Shown here one piece after another: positions 13,266 through 27,809 of a stretch of DNA of 64,000 nt. Source of the stretch: Eledone cirrhosa (Eukaryota); the NCBI GenBank assembly GCA_964016885.1, contig OZ024742.1, positions 61,380,001-61,444,000 on the forward strand, written 5' to 3'. Position 1 is the first letter of the stretch. Each line of letters opens with the position of its first letter. The position numbers were made by a program, and so were the translations under genes. Below the pieces are notes generated by a model. It saw only the letters and a list, made by a program, of their open reading frames with translations. It ran no database searches and was not told the DNA's origin.

Positions 13266-14205
13266 TTTAGAAAATACACTTTACTCGGCTTAAACGTATT
13301 GAATGTTCATCAGTTAATGCTTTAAGTACACCCATTCTTAGGAGAGAGAGGGAGAGAAAGAATGTGTGTGTATGTGTGTGAATGTTTGTGCGCGTGCGCC
13401 TATCCACACACCACAAGCTGTCCAATTGTGAGTTATTCATTTGAGTTGAGATGAAAGAATGGTATTTAACTAATGTGTTCGAAGTCAATGTCTTTTTTTC
13501 CTATCCCTTTTTTTCCTTTCTCTCTCTTTCTCGCCTCACTCTTTCTCTCTCGCTGTCCGAATTATGAAGAAACTACTAGGGCTAAACAACATCAACATTC
13601 GTTAGCATACACGATTTATTCAACAATTGTTTATAAAAATCAACTATAATTATAATTATGTGCATTGTGGCGACTTTATTATGAAACTTCAAATTTTTTA
13701 ATGCGTCATAAATTGACGAAAATTTGTTAATATTTATTCATATTCAATTTCCGCCGAAAATTAAAAAAACATATATATTTAAGAAATATATTGTTCGTAA
13801 AATTGTAAATTTAATTTGTATTCGTATGATTATACGCGTGTCGTGTGTGTCATTGTGTGTGTGAATGTGCGTGTGCCTGTGTGTATATCTGTGTGTGTGA
13901 GTGTGTGTGATTCTCATAATTTGTTTATGCTTTACTATAAATAATTTGCTATAATTTCGAATACTTAGTGCATGCGTTTTATTAAGTAAAGGAAGGTAAA
14001 AGTAATGAGTAAAGTTTCAATTAAATTCCACAAAATTAACGAGAGAAAATTAAACAAAGCTCAAAGGAGGTTTTGCATAATTTTTATTTCACGCAAAATT
14101 TACTCACAAACAAACACAGACACACACGCACATACACGCACGCACACACACACGCACGCACGTACACCCCCCCCCACACACACAAACACACGCACGCACA
14201 CGCAG

Positions 14206-14273
<68 letters not shown>

Positions 14274-14340
14274 ACGCACGCACACACGCTCGCACACACA
14301 CACAGCACACAAACGCTTATCGTCATATATACGTTCCTGT

Positions 14341-14379
<39 letters not shown>

Positions 14380-14405
14380 GAAATGTATACATATATATAC
14401 ATGTG

Positions 14406-14458
<53 letters not shown>

Positions 14459-14694
14459 ATATACATGCATACACACTTACATATTGCACCTATTAACATA
14501 AAATACTATTAAAAGAGAGAGGAATATGTTAACTTTATAAAATCATAACAAGAAATTGCATTTGAAATTGAGGTTTTACCTACTTTAATTAAGATAATAA
14601 TTAGTAAAATAAGCCTCCGGTTAAACAAAGAAATTGTTTTCATGCATTGACTGTTCTTAAACCTGATAATTTATAGTTTTGCGTGAAATTGTGT

Positions 14695-14864
14695 AATTAA
14701 AATATAAACTACATCTAAATATATATATATATATTTCTATATATATATATATATATACATATGTATATATACATATGTATATATACATATGTATATATAC
14801 ATATGTATATATACATATGTATATATAGAAATATATATATATATATATTTAGATGTAGTTTATA

Positions 14865-14872
<8 letters not shown>
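14695..14872. repeat. Fold-back palindrome built around TA/CATATG repeats
   Basis: AATTAAAATATAAACTACATCTAAAT... is mirrored by ...ATTTAGATGTAGTTTATATTTTAATT. Confidence 0.85.
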
Positions 14873-14935
<63 letters not shown>

Positions 14936-14972
14936 TATATATATATATATACACATATATATATATATATAT

Positions 14973-15020
<48 letters not shown>

Positions 15021-15254
15021 AATATGTGTGTATCTGTATCTATAAACATGCTGAATAGCTATTCTTAAAGCAATTTAAACAGCTTTTGTTTCGTTTTTTT
15101 TTTTCGTAGTTTATTTTTTAGTTTCTATATCTTTTTCTCCTTTTGTTTGCATGTGATTCCTATTAATGTACCCATGACAGATAGAAGGGGGCGGTGCATA
15201 TGGTTTTAAGCCTGTTTATTGAGGTTATTTATCTATTTATCTGTCTATCTATAT

Positions 15255-15925
15255 GCGTGTGCGACGAGGAAACCGTTGCACACGCATTGGTACACTGCTC
15301 GGGCGTAGCCGATCTGTGGGGCTATGTCGAACAACTGCTGTCAAGGGTGGGACCGATCCGGTTGACCACCGAGTCTATTGTAATGATCAAGCCGCCTCCC
15401 CCCTTCAAAAATGAAGGAGAGGCGGTGTTTCTGTGCGTAATAGCCATGGTGAAAGAGGTTGTATGGTGGACGCGTCTGAAAGGACTGAGGTCAGGCACTT
15501 TTCTCTCTTGCCAACAACTGGTCCGTTTCTTCCGATATCATTTCGGAAGAAGGATCAGGATGGAGAGAGAGGTGCTCCACCCCAGTCGTTTTTATGAAAG
15601 GTGGGTGAAAGTGGCGAGAATGGCCCGTGTGAATGGGCCTTCTCTTTACATAAGCCTGTAGGTGGAAAAGCAGAAGGAACGAGGGAGAACCCCTTCTCTG
15701 TGCTCCTGAGGAGAAGGGTTGCACACTTTTTTCAGGGGTGTGTGCGACCCCCCAAGGCGCCTCCTTTCTATTGAGGATTTTGTTATGAATTTTATTTTGT
15801 TATATTTTATTTTATTTTTATATTTTGTTATTGCCTCCTTCTTATTGAGGACGCCTTGTATTGTAAACTCCCCCCATTGTACTTGTCCCACTTTTTGATG
15901 CCCTGGTGGCAAATAAAAAGAAACA
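15255..15925 (+). mobile_element. 3' end of an L1/Tx1-like LINE (zinc-knuckle C-terminus + 3'UTR)
   Basis: CDEETVAHALVHC..LW..KEVVWWTR..FYERWV; T-rich UTR ending in AATAAAAAG. Confidence 0.8.
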
Positions 15926-15984
15926 TATCTATCTATCTAACTTACTCTCTAGCTGTCTGTATATTGACTACCTATCAATCTCCA

Positions 15985-16190
15985 CATACACACATCAAAC
16001 GATGTTTCGTATCCGTCACGAGAATGTCAACGTACGAACTAGCTCATCGTGGAAATAACAGAAACATGTCTGATCACCAAATCACGGGCTAAGTTAAGAA
16101 GACGTGGAATAAAGACGTCACAAATAGCCTGGTCTCAGGCGGCATTACGTTAGGATAGCCAATGCAACTCGCCGAAGAACTTTGACACTT
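15985..16190 (+). pseudogene. RTE-like LINE C-terminal relic
   Basis: IKRCFVSVTRM...ITG*VKKTWNKDV, a decayed RLRWFGHVxRM...RGRPKKTW pattern. Confidence 0.45.
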
Positions 16191-16282
16191 CACACGATAC
16201 CCCCAAAGGTACAAGAAAAAAAGATAATATATATAGTGTCAAGGGTTTCCGCAGACTAGATAAAGGAAAACGGTCGCTGTTT

Positions 16283-16445
16283 ATTGGCATTATCGGTAGA
16301 GAGTCGGACACCATGCTTTACAGCATAGAGTTACGGCCCTTTATGATCTAAGTTCAAATTACGCCGAGGTTAACTTTGCCTTTCATCCTTACCATTAATG
16401 CACTGGGTAAATGCTGGCCTCATGTCAAAAGTAGAAACAAGTATT
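16283..16445 (+). mobile_element. Family-A SINE
   Basis: TTGGCATTATCGGTAGAG...AGTTCAAAT...GTAGAAACAA. Confidence 0.85.
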
Positions 16446-16964
16446 ACAAATAAATTATCAACACAGCTTCATGTTACCTAAGGTTTCAAGGCTTACTATA
16501 GCATAGGTCTTAGACACAATATATTTGCTAGTGATGCTTATCTTGCAGGCAGTACCATGCTTGCCGACGTTATTTACATGAGATCTCTAGTGCAAGGAAG
16601 GTAATCATAATATAATAACTTTGTATTTTTGTTACTCATAATATAATAACTGTGCCTGTAATGTTATATGTTTTATGTAATTATAATAGGAATTGTAATT
16701 GTTAAAGTGTCTGAATTGCGTGTATGTGTAGATTTGTATTTTCCTATGTAAATTATATAAATTATTGTAGCAAATATGTTTTTTGTTTGTTGTTCCTTTT
16801 ATTAAGGCATAGTGTTTGTGCACTTGTGTGTATGTGTATTTATTTTTATATTATTAATATAGATTGAGTGTGATATATGTTTTGTAAAAGGTGTATGTGA
16901 ACAACTCTTTGTTCTTTGAATATTTTTACATTAAAAGAACAAAGAGGCGTTCACGTACACCTTT

Positions 16965-17590
16965 GAGTTGTTCAGGATGTTCCTTTTAATTGTGTATGAA
17001 ATAACTTCATATTTCAGTTCCTATACACGTGGCTGTCCTCAATTCATGATGTTTAAAAGATAGGATATGTGAATACTACCGTTGTTTAAATCAGTCTTGT
17101 ATCATAATCACATATAGTTCTCTGTTCACTGTATAATTGGTTTTAACTTGAGTGATGGTAGCTTCGTATACGGCCGACCTAACAATACATTTTTGGTACA
17201 AAAGTCATTCATCTTTGTTCCTATATGAACATCCCGGATTTATCTCCTGTTCTTTCTTTTTTATGTTATTTTCGACACCATGGAAGGTTTGCAGGTGTAG
17301 CTGATTTTCACCGTCTTCCTGTTCAAACTGTTCATGTAATTAATTGTTTCTACTTTTGGCACAAGGCCAGCAATTATTCCAGTGCATTACTGGTACTTTA
17401 TTTTATCGACCCCGTAAGGATGAAAGGCAAAGTTCATGTAATTAATTCCAGGAGGAAATGTTTCTCTGTTAATTCAAAGATGTTTTTTTTTCTGCTAGTT
17501 TTCACTGCTGAATTGTCATTGGCTATATACCAAATTATATATTTATAGGATATAGCCAACCACTTTTACATGTATTTTGAGTGGTGGTTG
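16965..17590 (-). mobile_element. PLE fragment (linker + GIY-YIG), degenerate
   Basis: Minus strand NIIWY..VKT..EKH, CSYRNKDE*L..KCIVRSAVYEATIT, FKQR*YSHILSF. Confidence 0.75.
17346..17431 (-). mobile_element. 5'-truncated family-A SINE with 16-bp target-site duplication
   Basis: GTTCATGTAATTAATT at 17330-17345 and 17432-17447. Confidence 0.9.
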
Positions 17591-17598
17591 GCTATATC

Positions 17599-17719
<121 letters not shown>

Positions 17720-17888
17720 GAGAGAGAGAAAATGAGAGAATAAGAAATTGCGTATGGTTGTGATCCCGTATATCTATGATAAGAGAATATATATATATAT
17801 GTATATATATATATGTGTGTATATGTGTATGTGTGTGTATATGTGTATGTACATGTATGTGTGTGTACATGTATATATCTAGGTATAA

Positions 17889-17954
<66 letters not shown>

Positions 17955-19369
17955 TTGTGGGCGTGTATGTATGTATATGTTTATATCTATGTATGCATAT
18001 GTATGTTTCTAATGGAGAATCAATGTAATTATACCTCTATCTATATATGTGGATATATGTACTTTTGTGATCTAAGAAAATTATGCGTTTTGACTATATG
18101 TCAACATGAATTTATCTGAGTTTGATTACTTATACATAGACCCACTTGAAAATATTTACTATTTTATATTTTATGATACATCATACGCTATATTATACTA
18201 TATACAATGTACCATACTGTACTATATTATATTACATTATATTATATTATTATATTATTATATTTTATTATCTTATTATAATTTTCATCTTTTAATATAC
18301 TATCCTTCCTAGTTATGACCATTACTTTACCTTTCTATATTTATCCTAGTTATCTCTGTATATTTTATATTTACTTATTTATATTCACCTAAAAATTACA
18401 TACAACACAACTCAACATTTAAATTTTACATTCCTTTTTGAAACTTCACTCCACCATCTACATTCCACTATCAATATAACATTCCCTTTTCTTCATAGGT
18501 TCTTTATAGTAATTCTATTTTTAACACCATTCAACCATTCCTTTCAAAGGGTCATGACTTCAACTAAAGTGAGTTATATTTCATCTTAACATCATATGGC
18601 AAAAAAACATTTGATTGGTTTGTTCTTCAACTACCTCCAAATAAGGTCATAGAACTCAATTTACTATTGATTTTGAATAACATGTTCATTGCTTTTGACA
18701 ACGGCTGATAATATACACGTAGTTAAATATAAAGCTGTGAAGTATATTTCTAATGACTTGAATTTTTATTTCATTGTTTTAACTTATATATATATATACA
18801 TACATACATGTGTGTGTATGTGTATGTTTGTACATATATATATAATCCCGACCGTGGTGCCAAGCGGTTTCGGCTTGTGTATTCAGCAGGCCTTCCCGAG
18901 GGTGTAGTAATATTTGCAGGGTATGTAAAAATAGATCTCTATTCTTGGTAGTATTTGGGTTGTATATATCATTGTAGTAAACTGGGCTGATGGAGAAGGG
19001 GTGGGCAGAGAATGGTAAGTGATATCTGGACAGGCAATGGAGCAAGTGAAGGAAGTAGTGTGGGTGGAGTAAGTATAGTTAGTGCATAAGATTGGAGTAG
19101 GTGGAGAAGATCCATAAGAATAATAGAATTAGGGTTGGAGGGCGTGATGGGTAAGGCTATTTATAGACAGGACATAGACGCTGAAAGAGTATTTTTAAGT
19201 TGAGAATAAAGTTATTTTTCAGTAGAGAATAAAGTCATTTTTTCCGTTTATCGTTTTCGGTATGCCCGGCCGATTAACTCACTCGATATGCAAATTAGGC
19301 TGCTCAGCCGTTAATATGCACAAGGAAAGTATATACTTTCAGACGTTCAATCATCTGGCAGGAAGGTAT

Positions 19370-19412
19370 ACGTTGCTGACGATAGCTAATAATCTTGAAA
19401 CTAGTACAGCGT
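19370..19412 (+). ncRNA. Minimal type I hammerhead ribozyme in an octamer-containing repeat (19262-19505)
   Basis: ACGTTG-CTGACGA-TAG ctaataat CTT-GAAA-CTAG-TA|CAGCGT. 6-bp stem I, palindromic ACTAGT, weak stem II. Confidence 0.7.
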
Positions 19413-19677
19413 TCCTTTGTCAATGTTGAACAAATGAGCAACGATGGTTGCTAGACACTATACGGCTTAATTCGGGATGTTTGTTTACAAACACTCCGAG
19501 CATTATAATAAATGTTCGGTGAATCCCTACGTACATATATATATATATGTGCATGTATGTATATATATATACATACTACTGAACGTCTGTATACATATAT
19601 GTATGTACGTATATATACTTATATTTAAGTAACAACCGTACTAAGAGTGAGAAATGAAATTTCGTTTCATTTTTTCC

Positions 19678-19733
<56 letters not shown>

Positions 19734-19846
19734 CAATATGTTGAAAAGGTAACACACTAGAGAGAGAGATAGTGCGCGATCAATCAAACAGGGAAATACC
19801 ACCAGTGTATGGAATCTATAACCCATGGAAGGCAGAGTAGCCACAC

Positions 19847-19884
<38 letters not shown>

Positions 19885-19915
19885 AAGAATCAAAGAACTG
19901 TTCAAAACATTATTG

Positions 19916-19962
19916 TGCTTACAGCTGTTTCCTCCAAACCGAGGTTTGGATTCTTCGGAGCA
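19916..19962 (-). ncRNA. Type I hammerhead ribozyme (CCGAAGA core)
   Basis: Minus strand: TGCT-CCGAAGA-A-TCCAAAC ctcg GTTTGGA-G-GAAA-CAGCTG-TA|AGCA. Same family as 5528-5628. Confidence 0.78.
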
Positions 19963-20044
19963 ATTTATTAATGCATGGACAGTTATATGACCTCCTTTTC
20001 AGCTTAAGGTTTTGTATTTACATAACCATAAATAGTATAACTAA

Positions 20045-20097
<53 letters not shown>

Positions 20098-20554
20098 AAA
20101 TTGAGGTTGGTAATGGCACATGGAATATATAAGAGACAGAATACTTTTTTGTGAAAAAACATAATTTTATAAGGTAAGGAAATAATAAAGGGTATAAAAA
20201 ATGACCGGTTTCGATGGGTCTGCAAAAGCCATATTTTCAAATGTTGATTAATATTAAGAAAAATTAATAATACGAAGAGTTAAAATTTGAGACTTGAAAA
20301 TTCAAGTATAAAATTCATTGTGGGATTTCATAGCAGTTTTCATCTAGGTAGCAACAACAGGTTGACTGCTGTGTCCCTTTCTGGTAGTGAATGAGAAGTT
20401 ATTTGGGGTGTGGGTTATTTTATAAAGGTCAGATTTAGCAATCGCCAGCTGCTGGTCAGTGAGTGGGTGGAAGCAATATACACACACATATATCTTCCTG
20501 TGATGGGTAGGAGAGTGGAGCGTGATAGAAAAGGATTTAGTGCACTTACACCTA

Positions 20555-20595
20555 TATATACACACATACCTTCATCCACACATACATACATATAC

Positions 20596-20636
<41 letters not shown>

Positions 20637-20705
20637 CACACATACATACACACACACATACATATACATACACACATACACACACACACACATATATATA
20701 CACAT

Positions 20706-20764
<59 letters not shown>

Positions 20765-20803
20765 TATATATACATACACATACATCCAGATACACACATA
20801 CAT

Positions 20804-20885
<82 letters not shown>

Positions 20886-21200
20886 CCCCACACATACATA
20901 CACACACACATATATATATACATACACACATACAAACATACACACACACACACACACACATATATATACACACATACACACACATATATATACACACACA
21001 CACACACACACGCATATATATATATATACACATACGCATACATCCAGATACCCACATACATACACACACACACACACACACGCACACACAATACATACAT
21101 CCACATGCACACACATACTCACACACACACACACACACATACATACACCCACACACAGAGAAATGGCCTTCAAATTTATATATATATATATATACATACA
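20555..21200. repeat. Compound CA/TA microsatellite
   Basis: Seen directly. Confidence 0.95.
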
Positions 21201-21429
21201 GACACATATATTTTTTCCATAATATAAGAAGTTGGGGCAGTGAAATTAAAATACAAGTCATATATATATATCATATATATATCATATATATATATACGCG
21301 CATGCACATCCGTAGACTGTCTCACATGCATACACGAAGGCCTATGCATGTCTATACGGGGAGAAGAGCTGGTAAAATTGCCAGCACACACGCACTTACA
21401 TGTACATACCCTTACAAGATTCAAAACTA

Positions 21430-23335
21430 AGCCAAAATGAAGTGGTAAGGGTATCTGCACATTTACAAATGAGCTGTATAGTATGTATAAGAAAACTTAC
21501 GAGCTGACTAGTGGCTAGTTGGGGTTTGTTGGTGGGAGAGTGTAGTGTGGCCCATGGTCTTTGCATGTGTGTTCCCGGGCGAACTGCGGATGTTTAGGCA
21601 GGAGTGCAGAGTGGAGCTTAGACTAAGTTACTGTGCGACCTTGAATGCTGACTAGTTCAGGTTCCAACTCTTAGTAGGTGTGGATCATTAGATTCCAGGA
21701 TCGTCTGTTAGTTTGAGGAATATATATATGGTTTTGTATGCGATGAATAGATTTGATCACTAGTTGAGATTTGTTTTATTTACTCGTGTGTCCCTGTCGA
21801 ACAGTATGCAAAGTGCTTCGGTCTAGCACATGTTGCAAGGGCCGCCTTCTCCTGAGTAGGGTAAGACCCTCGTGATGGTAGTCCAGCGTAGTTGATAAGG
21901 TATTCCATTTTTGGTTATTTGCCAGAAATGGCTGGTGAGGCTTGTTGTATGCTTTCGCTCTGGGTGTATATCTGTGCTGCGTGAAGGTGTTAGCCGTCAT
22001 ACTTATGTATCCGTTTCTCTGCGTGATGTTTGTAACCTCGCATTTGTATATTACATTGATAGTTAGGCATTTTGATTCTAGAGAGCAATCCTCCCGATGA
22101 CGGTAATTGTAGTTTTCTTTCATCTTCGGGCTGGGTGGACGGTCGGAACTGTATCTGCTGAATGTGGTCTTCTTAGATGCAGCGCTACTCTGTGCTATAT
22201 TTAGAGTTGTTGAGTAGAATAGCTTCATGGAGTTTTTATTTAAAATTCTGTGTTACCTCCGTATCACCCCGAAGAAGATCTGAGCGAGGGGTGTTGCTAC
22301 TGCCACATTGTGTAGTCATTAATACTACGTAACCCTACATTTCCTGTTCCAGTGGTGATTTTGTATCCCTTGCTCATGGAAGATATCCTCGGTTGCAGAC
22401 AGCCGCGAGATACGGATGGAGACATTTTAGCCAGATTATTGTTTATGGTAGGGGATGGTTGGAGTTCCTGTTGTTATATTGGAGTGTCACGTTGGGCTTC
22501 CTATACGGGTAGTATAGTCCGGTTTCAAGGGTCAGTGTCACGTCGAGGAAGTCCACTTGACTCAGGTGGTGCTAGATGGTAATCCGGAATCCCAGGTCAG
22601 TGACGAAGTCCAAGAGATCCTTTCTGGTTCGGTTGCTTGCGTAGCGGCTAAAGTTGTGGAGGGTGAGTAGGCCGTCGTGGCAGTACAATCCCCCTCCAAA
22701 TAGTGAGAAGCGATATTTTAATTTAGACAGTACATAGAGTCCAATCAGGTCGGTGACCTCTGTTGCGTCATTGGCTTCAATGCTCACGTTGTAGGGGGAA
22801 TTTGGTGACTGCTTGGCTCAAAGTGACCCGTCGTAGCTCAGGAGTGAGTAGCGTGTGTGTAGTATAATCTCATATATAGAGTGATCTATTGTATTGTAGG
22901 TACTGGCAAAGTATAGGGTCCTCTTCAATGTCAACTTGGAGCAACTAGGTCCTTTCTTCATTGCAAATCTGTCAGAACTAGTCAATGACTTCGATCGTGT
23001 TAATCCAGAGGTTATGGTAGGAATGTACCTTACACCTAGATACGATATAGTCCAACAGTTGCTTGCCAATCTGTTCTCACTGATTTAGTGGGGTTGCTGT
23101 TGAATTCACTCTTATGGACCTTCGGTGTGAAGTGTGGTTACTGTTCGCTGCATGTAATCTGCTGTCCCGTTTTATTGATCGCATTCATGGTTAAGTGGTT
23201 GGTCTTTCTGTAGTTAGAAATGAGCCCATTGTAGATGAAACGGTGATAGCCATCGTGGTCAATTAGGCACAGGTTGTTTTTTTTATCCGAGTGTAGCAGG
23301 AGGTCATTTGGACAAATCCGCTTCTCGTCTGAACT
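21430..23335 (-). mobile_element. Degenerate Penelope-like element (RT + GIY-YIG)
   Basis: SDKKNNL..NYRKT; ANDATEVTDLIGLYVL..GGLYCHDGL (the GAEVCELVGLY/GLYRDDGL pattern); CSLESKCLTINVIYKCEV..YISMTANTF. Confidence 0.88.
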
Positions 23336-23767
23336 CAACTCATTTCTCCCAGACAGAAAGATGGCGAGTGAGAGAGAAAGTGAGAAAGGGTGATAGAAAA
23401 GAATCGAACCAAGTACTAGATTGGTTCTTTAGTAGAATAAAATGGAAAATTTACCTTGTTCCCATAGTTAAGAGAGTGCAAACGAATATTGTAAAGCATT
23501 CATTCTAATCGAAGTACTGACGCCTTTGCCAATTCACTACCATAACAAATATGAAATGAAATACTTAAGAACTTGTGTATAAGGAGAAGAGATATACGAA
23601 TCACCTCCAACAGAATATATCATACTGATTTACTGCCAAACCATCATTCTTTATCTCTCCTCCTTTCTTAATGCCTGAATATATTTAGCCCTGAAACTCC
23701 GAGATACACATATTATCAACCTTAGCAAAGTATGCTCTCCTATCATCTTATGGTTGCCATCGAAAGA

Positions 23768-23897
<130 letters not shown>

Positions 23898-24106
23898 ATA
23901 TGTTTATCTGTTTAGCTGTCTCATTCTCTCTGTATCTCTCACGGAGTTCCCCTCAGACTTCTTTCAAATTCTCTTTATTTAGCCCCCAGAATATATCTTT
24001 TGAAATAAATTAGCAGAGATATTTAAGTGTATATATATGTATATATATATATATGTGTATGTGTGTGTGTATGTGTGTGTGTGTGTATGTAAATATGTAT
24101 ACATAT

Positions 24107-24137
<31 letters not shown>

Positions 24138-24397
24138 CGTGTGTCTATATATATACCTCTTTTCTCTGAATTTGGTTTATTTTTTGTTTCGTCAATTTGC
24201 ATTGGTGATAGACGTAGAATAACTGATGATCATATATTAGTTCGATAAATACATCTATATGTATGTATAAATATATGGTTGTATATATATATATCTCTCT
24301 CTCTCTATTTCTCTCTCTCTCTCTCTGTATATATATCTATATATGTACATATAATATCCTTACCACATTTCCTTCGTTATATATATATATATATATA

Positions 24398-24476
<79 letters not shown>

Positions 24477-25261
24477 CACATTCACTTTCAATGGCAGCGA
24501 TAGGATGATAGGAGGAAAGAGAACACACTTTTGCTAAGGTTGATAAAATGTGTATCTCGGAGGTTCATGGATACATTCCAACGAATATGGGCTACGATAT
24601 CTGTGTTGCATTTCACTATATGAAGCAGATAACACAAACAATAAACAATAATAGTAAAATACAAACAAAAACTACACACAAAAATGTGGATAATAGATGC
24701 AAGAAAAAATAGTAAAGTTTTTTAAAAAATCTAATCCCTCCCTTAAAGTTGATTTATTTTATATGAACGGAAGGAAACCGATAAACAAAATGAGAGCTGA
24801 TAATTTTTACAGACACACGTTCCCATGTGTACGAATGGGACTAGATCTATTTGTATCTGCATGTATACAAACTAAATGGAGACAGTTATCCTACGAGGAC
24901 ATAGAAATTGTTATTATTTCCGTTTGAGGTTTTCACTGTGAGTTTATTGGAAGTCACTAGATAGAGTAGTATTCTGCTGATTGTTGACTAATAGTATTGT
25001 TGATGTGATTGACGGACTTTCAGTGTGTTTGTACGTATATTTCTGTGAGTGTGTATGCGCGCGCGTGTGTGTGTATGTCGTTATTAATTACATCAAACGC
25101 GACACACTGCTTGATAACATGACATAAGGCAGAACTATAAGAAGCATTATGGTATTGACGTGGTGCCAAAAGGTTACAAAATATACGTAAAAGCTTTCTG
25201 CATCTTCATAGACACCCACCCACACACCCACACATATGTGTGTGTGGGTGTGTGTGTGTGT

Positions 25262-25304
<43 letters not shown>

Positions 25305-25374
25305 TGTATGCGTGTGTGTATGCACGTATATATATGTATATATATATGCATATATGTGTGTGTATGTATATATG

Positions 25375-25413
<39 letters not shown>

Positions 25414-25423
25414 TGTATATATG

Positions 25424-25454
<31 letters not shown>

Positions 25455-25619
25455 GGTATTCACCCACGCTATATTCATTTCTTCGCTTCTTCTCTCAAAA
25501 TTACGCTATTACTATCCTTATAACTAATATTCTCTCTCATTTAAATATACTCACGTTTTTTCTCTTTCTTTCTTTTTTCCCTATTCCAACGTCTTAATTT
25601 AAATATACTATTATTTAAA

Positions 25620-26045
<426 letters not shown>

Positions 26046-26189
26046 TGTGTTGAAGCAAATAACTTTGTGCATACTCTGGTAATGTATCTTACATTGCCCA
26101 CGGAGTACGCTGAGATACAACCGGTACTGGCATTGATAAATATGCTGGGTCCGTCAACCCTTATTATTATTATATATATATATATATAT

Positions 26190-27032
26190 AATAAATACAA
26201 TATCGGAGAAAGCTTTTTAGCGATACTCCGGCCAAATTCCAACTCACTCAACAAACATTAGGAAATAAGTGATTATATTCCCAATTATGCGTTCGGGGTG
26301 CTAACTAAAAGTATTGCGTGGAAAATTGGCTGTATTATTTCATATGAGACATATCGAATATATCTCTTCCCAGACGGACGTCTTGTTTCATTATAGGATT
26401 CCTACAATTTGGGTTAAATTATACTAATTTATGTCGGAGCTTGTATACCATCAATAGATATATATTCAAGTGGGCTCCTATAATTCATCAGTGGGTGCCC
26501 CATAATACTAATATTGATAATCTAACCAACATCAGTATTTAGCGATAATCATCATCTGTGCCTGAGGTATCTGTCAGGTTGCCAGTTCAGCAGTTCTAAA
26601 GAAATGCTCAAACTGATTCAAAAATGAGGAAGTAAATTACCGCCAAAAAAAACAATACATGCGCATGACAATGAACTCTAAAAGGAATTCAAGCCACGTG
26701 CTAAGAACTCAATTGGAAATTGAAAAAATATCTATGTGTGTACAACATTTGATGACACACACAGATATTTTCTCGGGCAAAATAACAGAATGAGATATAA
26801 GGAACAATCAATATTCATATATAAAAATAAACAAAGAAATCCTAACCTTATACCGGGAAATTTCAATTCTGCTGCACCAAGAGTAAATAAATAAATACAA
26901 TATCGGAGAAAGCTTTTTAGCGATACTCCGACCAAATTCCAACTCACTCAACAAACATTAGGAAATAAGTGATTATATTCCCAATTATGCGTTCGGGGTG
27001 CTAACTAAAAGTATTGCGTGGAAAATTGGCTG
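26190..27032 (-). mobile_element. Retrozyme-like / non-autonomous PLE-type element: 700-bp unit bounded by 143-bp direct repeats
   Basis: 26190-26332 matches 26890-27032 (1 mismatch seen); no coding capacity; internal HHR; flanked by (TA)n on both sides. Confidence 0.78.
26369..26495 (-). ncRNA. Type I hammerhead ribozyme with long stem II loop
   Basis: Minus strand: CCCA-CTGATGA-ATTATAGGA-(77 nt)-TCCTATAAT-GAAA-C aagacgtcc G-TC|TGGG. Perfect 9-bp stem II, GUC cleavage triplet. Confidence 0.85.
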
Positions 27033-27809
27033 ATATATATATATATAAATGAATACGATTTAAACATTCACCCGTTCTAATGCTGTGACCGACGGTTTCG
27101 CTTATCAAAAGATTGTAAATTCAGAGAATTTCCAATGGAAAGAATCAGCTCTTCAGACAGCTATTTCCATTCCACAGGGCACAAAGTCTCGTAGTTTGTA
27201 AATATATCGCTTTCTGCCCGATGCATGAGGTCAGGCCGTTAAAGTCACCCACACATAAATAGGCCGTAAGAAAAAGCGTGATTATAGACTCGTTGATATT
27301 TCATGCCACTATAAAAATAGCAGCACGATACAACATTTTTTTCTCTACATAGAAGGAGAAGGGCAGGTCGGCACGACATTGCGAATGATCGACTCCCACT
27401 TTGTCCAGGTAAAAAAACGATAAAACAGACTATAGGTACGACTTTGCACAGAAAAAAATCTCTATATCTATAAAAATGAAAAAGAAAGCGTGAGAGTGAA
27501 TGAAACAGACAGACTAAAAGAGGGGGATAGCGGAAGAGAGAGAGAGAGAGAGAGCGACATTGATACATGACAGTGGAAGAGGGGAAGGAAAGCTATAACT
27601 AATTAACATGTGTGCGCGTGTGTGTGTGTGTGTGTGTGTGCCCGTATGTGTGTGTGTTCGTGCAGCGTTCCAGTAAGAGTTAAATCTATTAACATGTGTG
27701 TGTACATGCACACGTGCGTGCGTGAGTTTGCGTGCGTGAGTGTGTGTGTACGTGCGTGTGGAGTTTCACCTACGCCATTTTTTTCAGTGACAGTAGTTGT
27801 TGTAGACTC

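Noticed and set aside
13280-13318. CTGATGA on the minus strand with a weak hairpin
   Set aside because: No GAAA-N-UH; compatible with chance.
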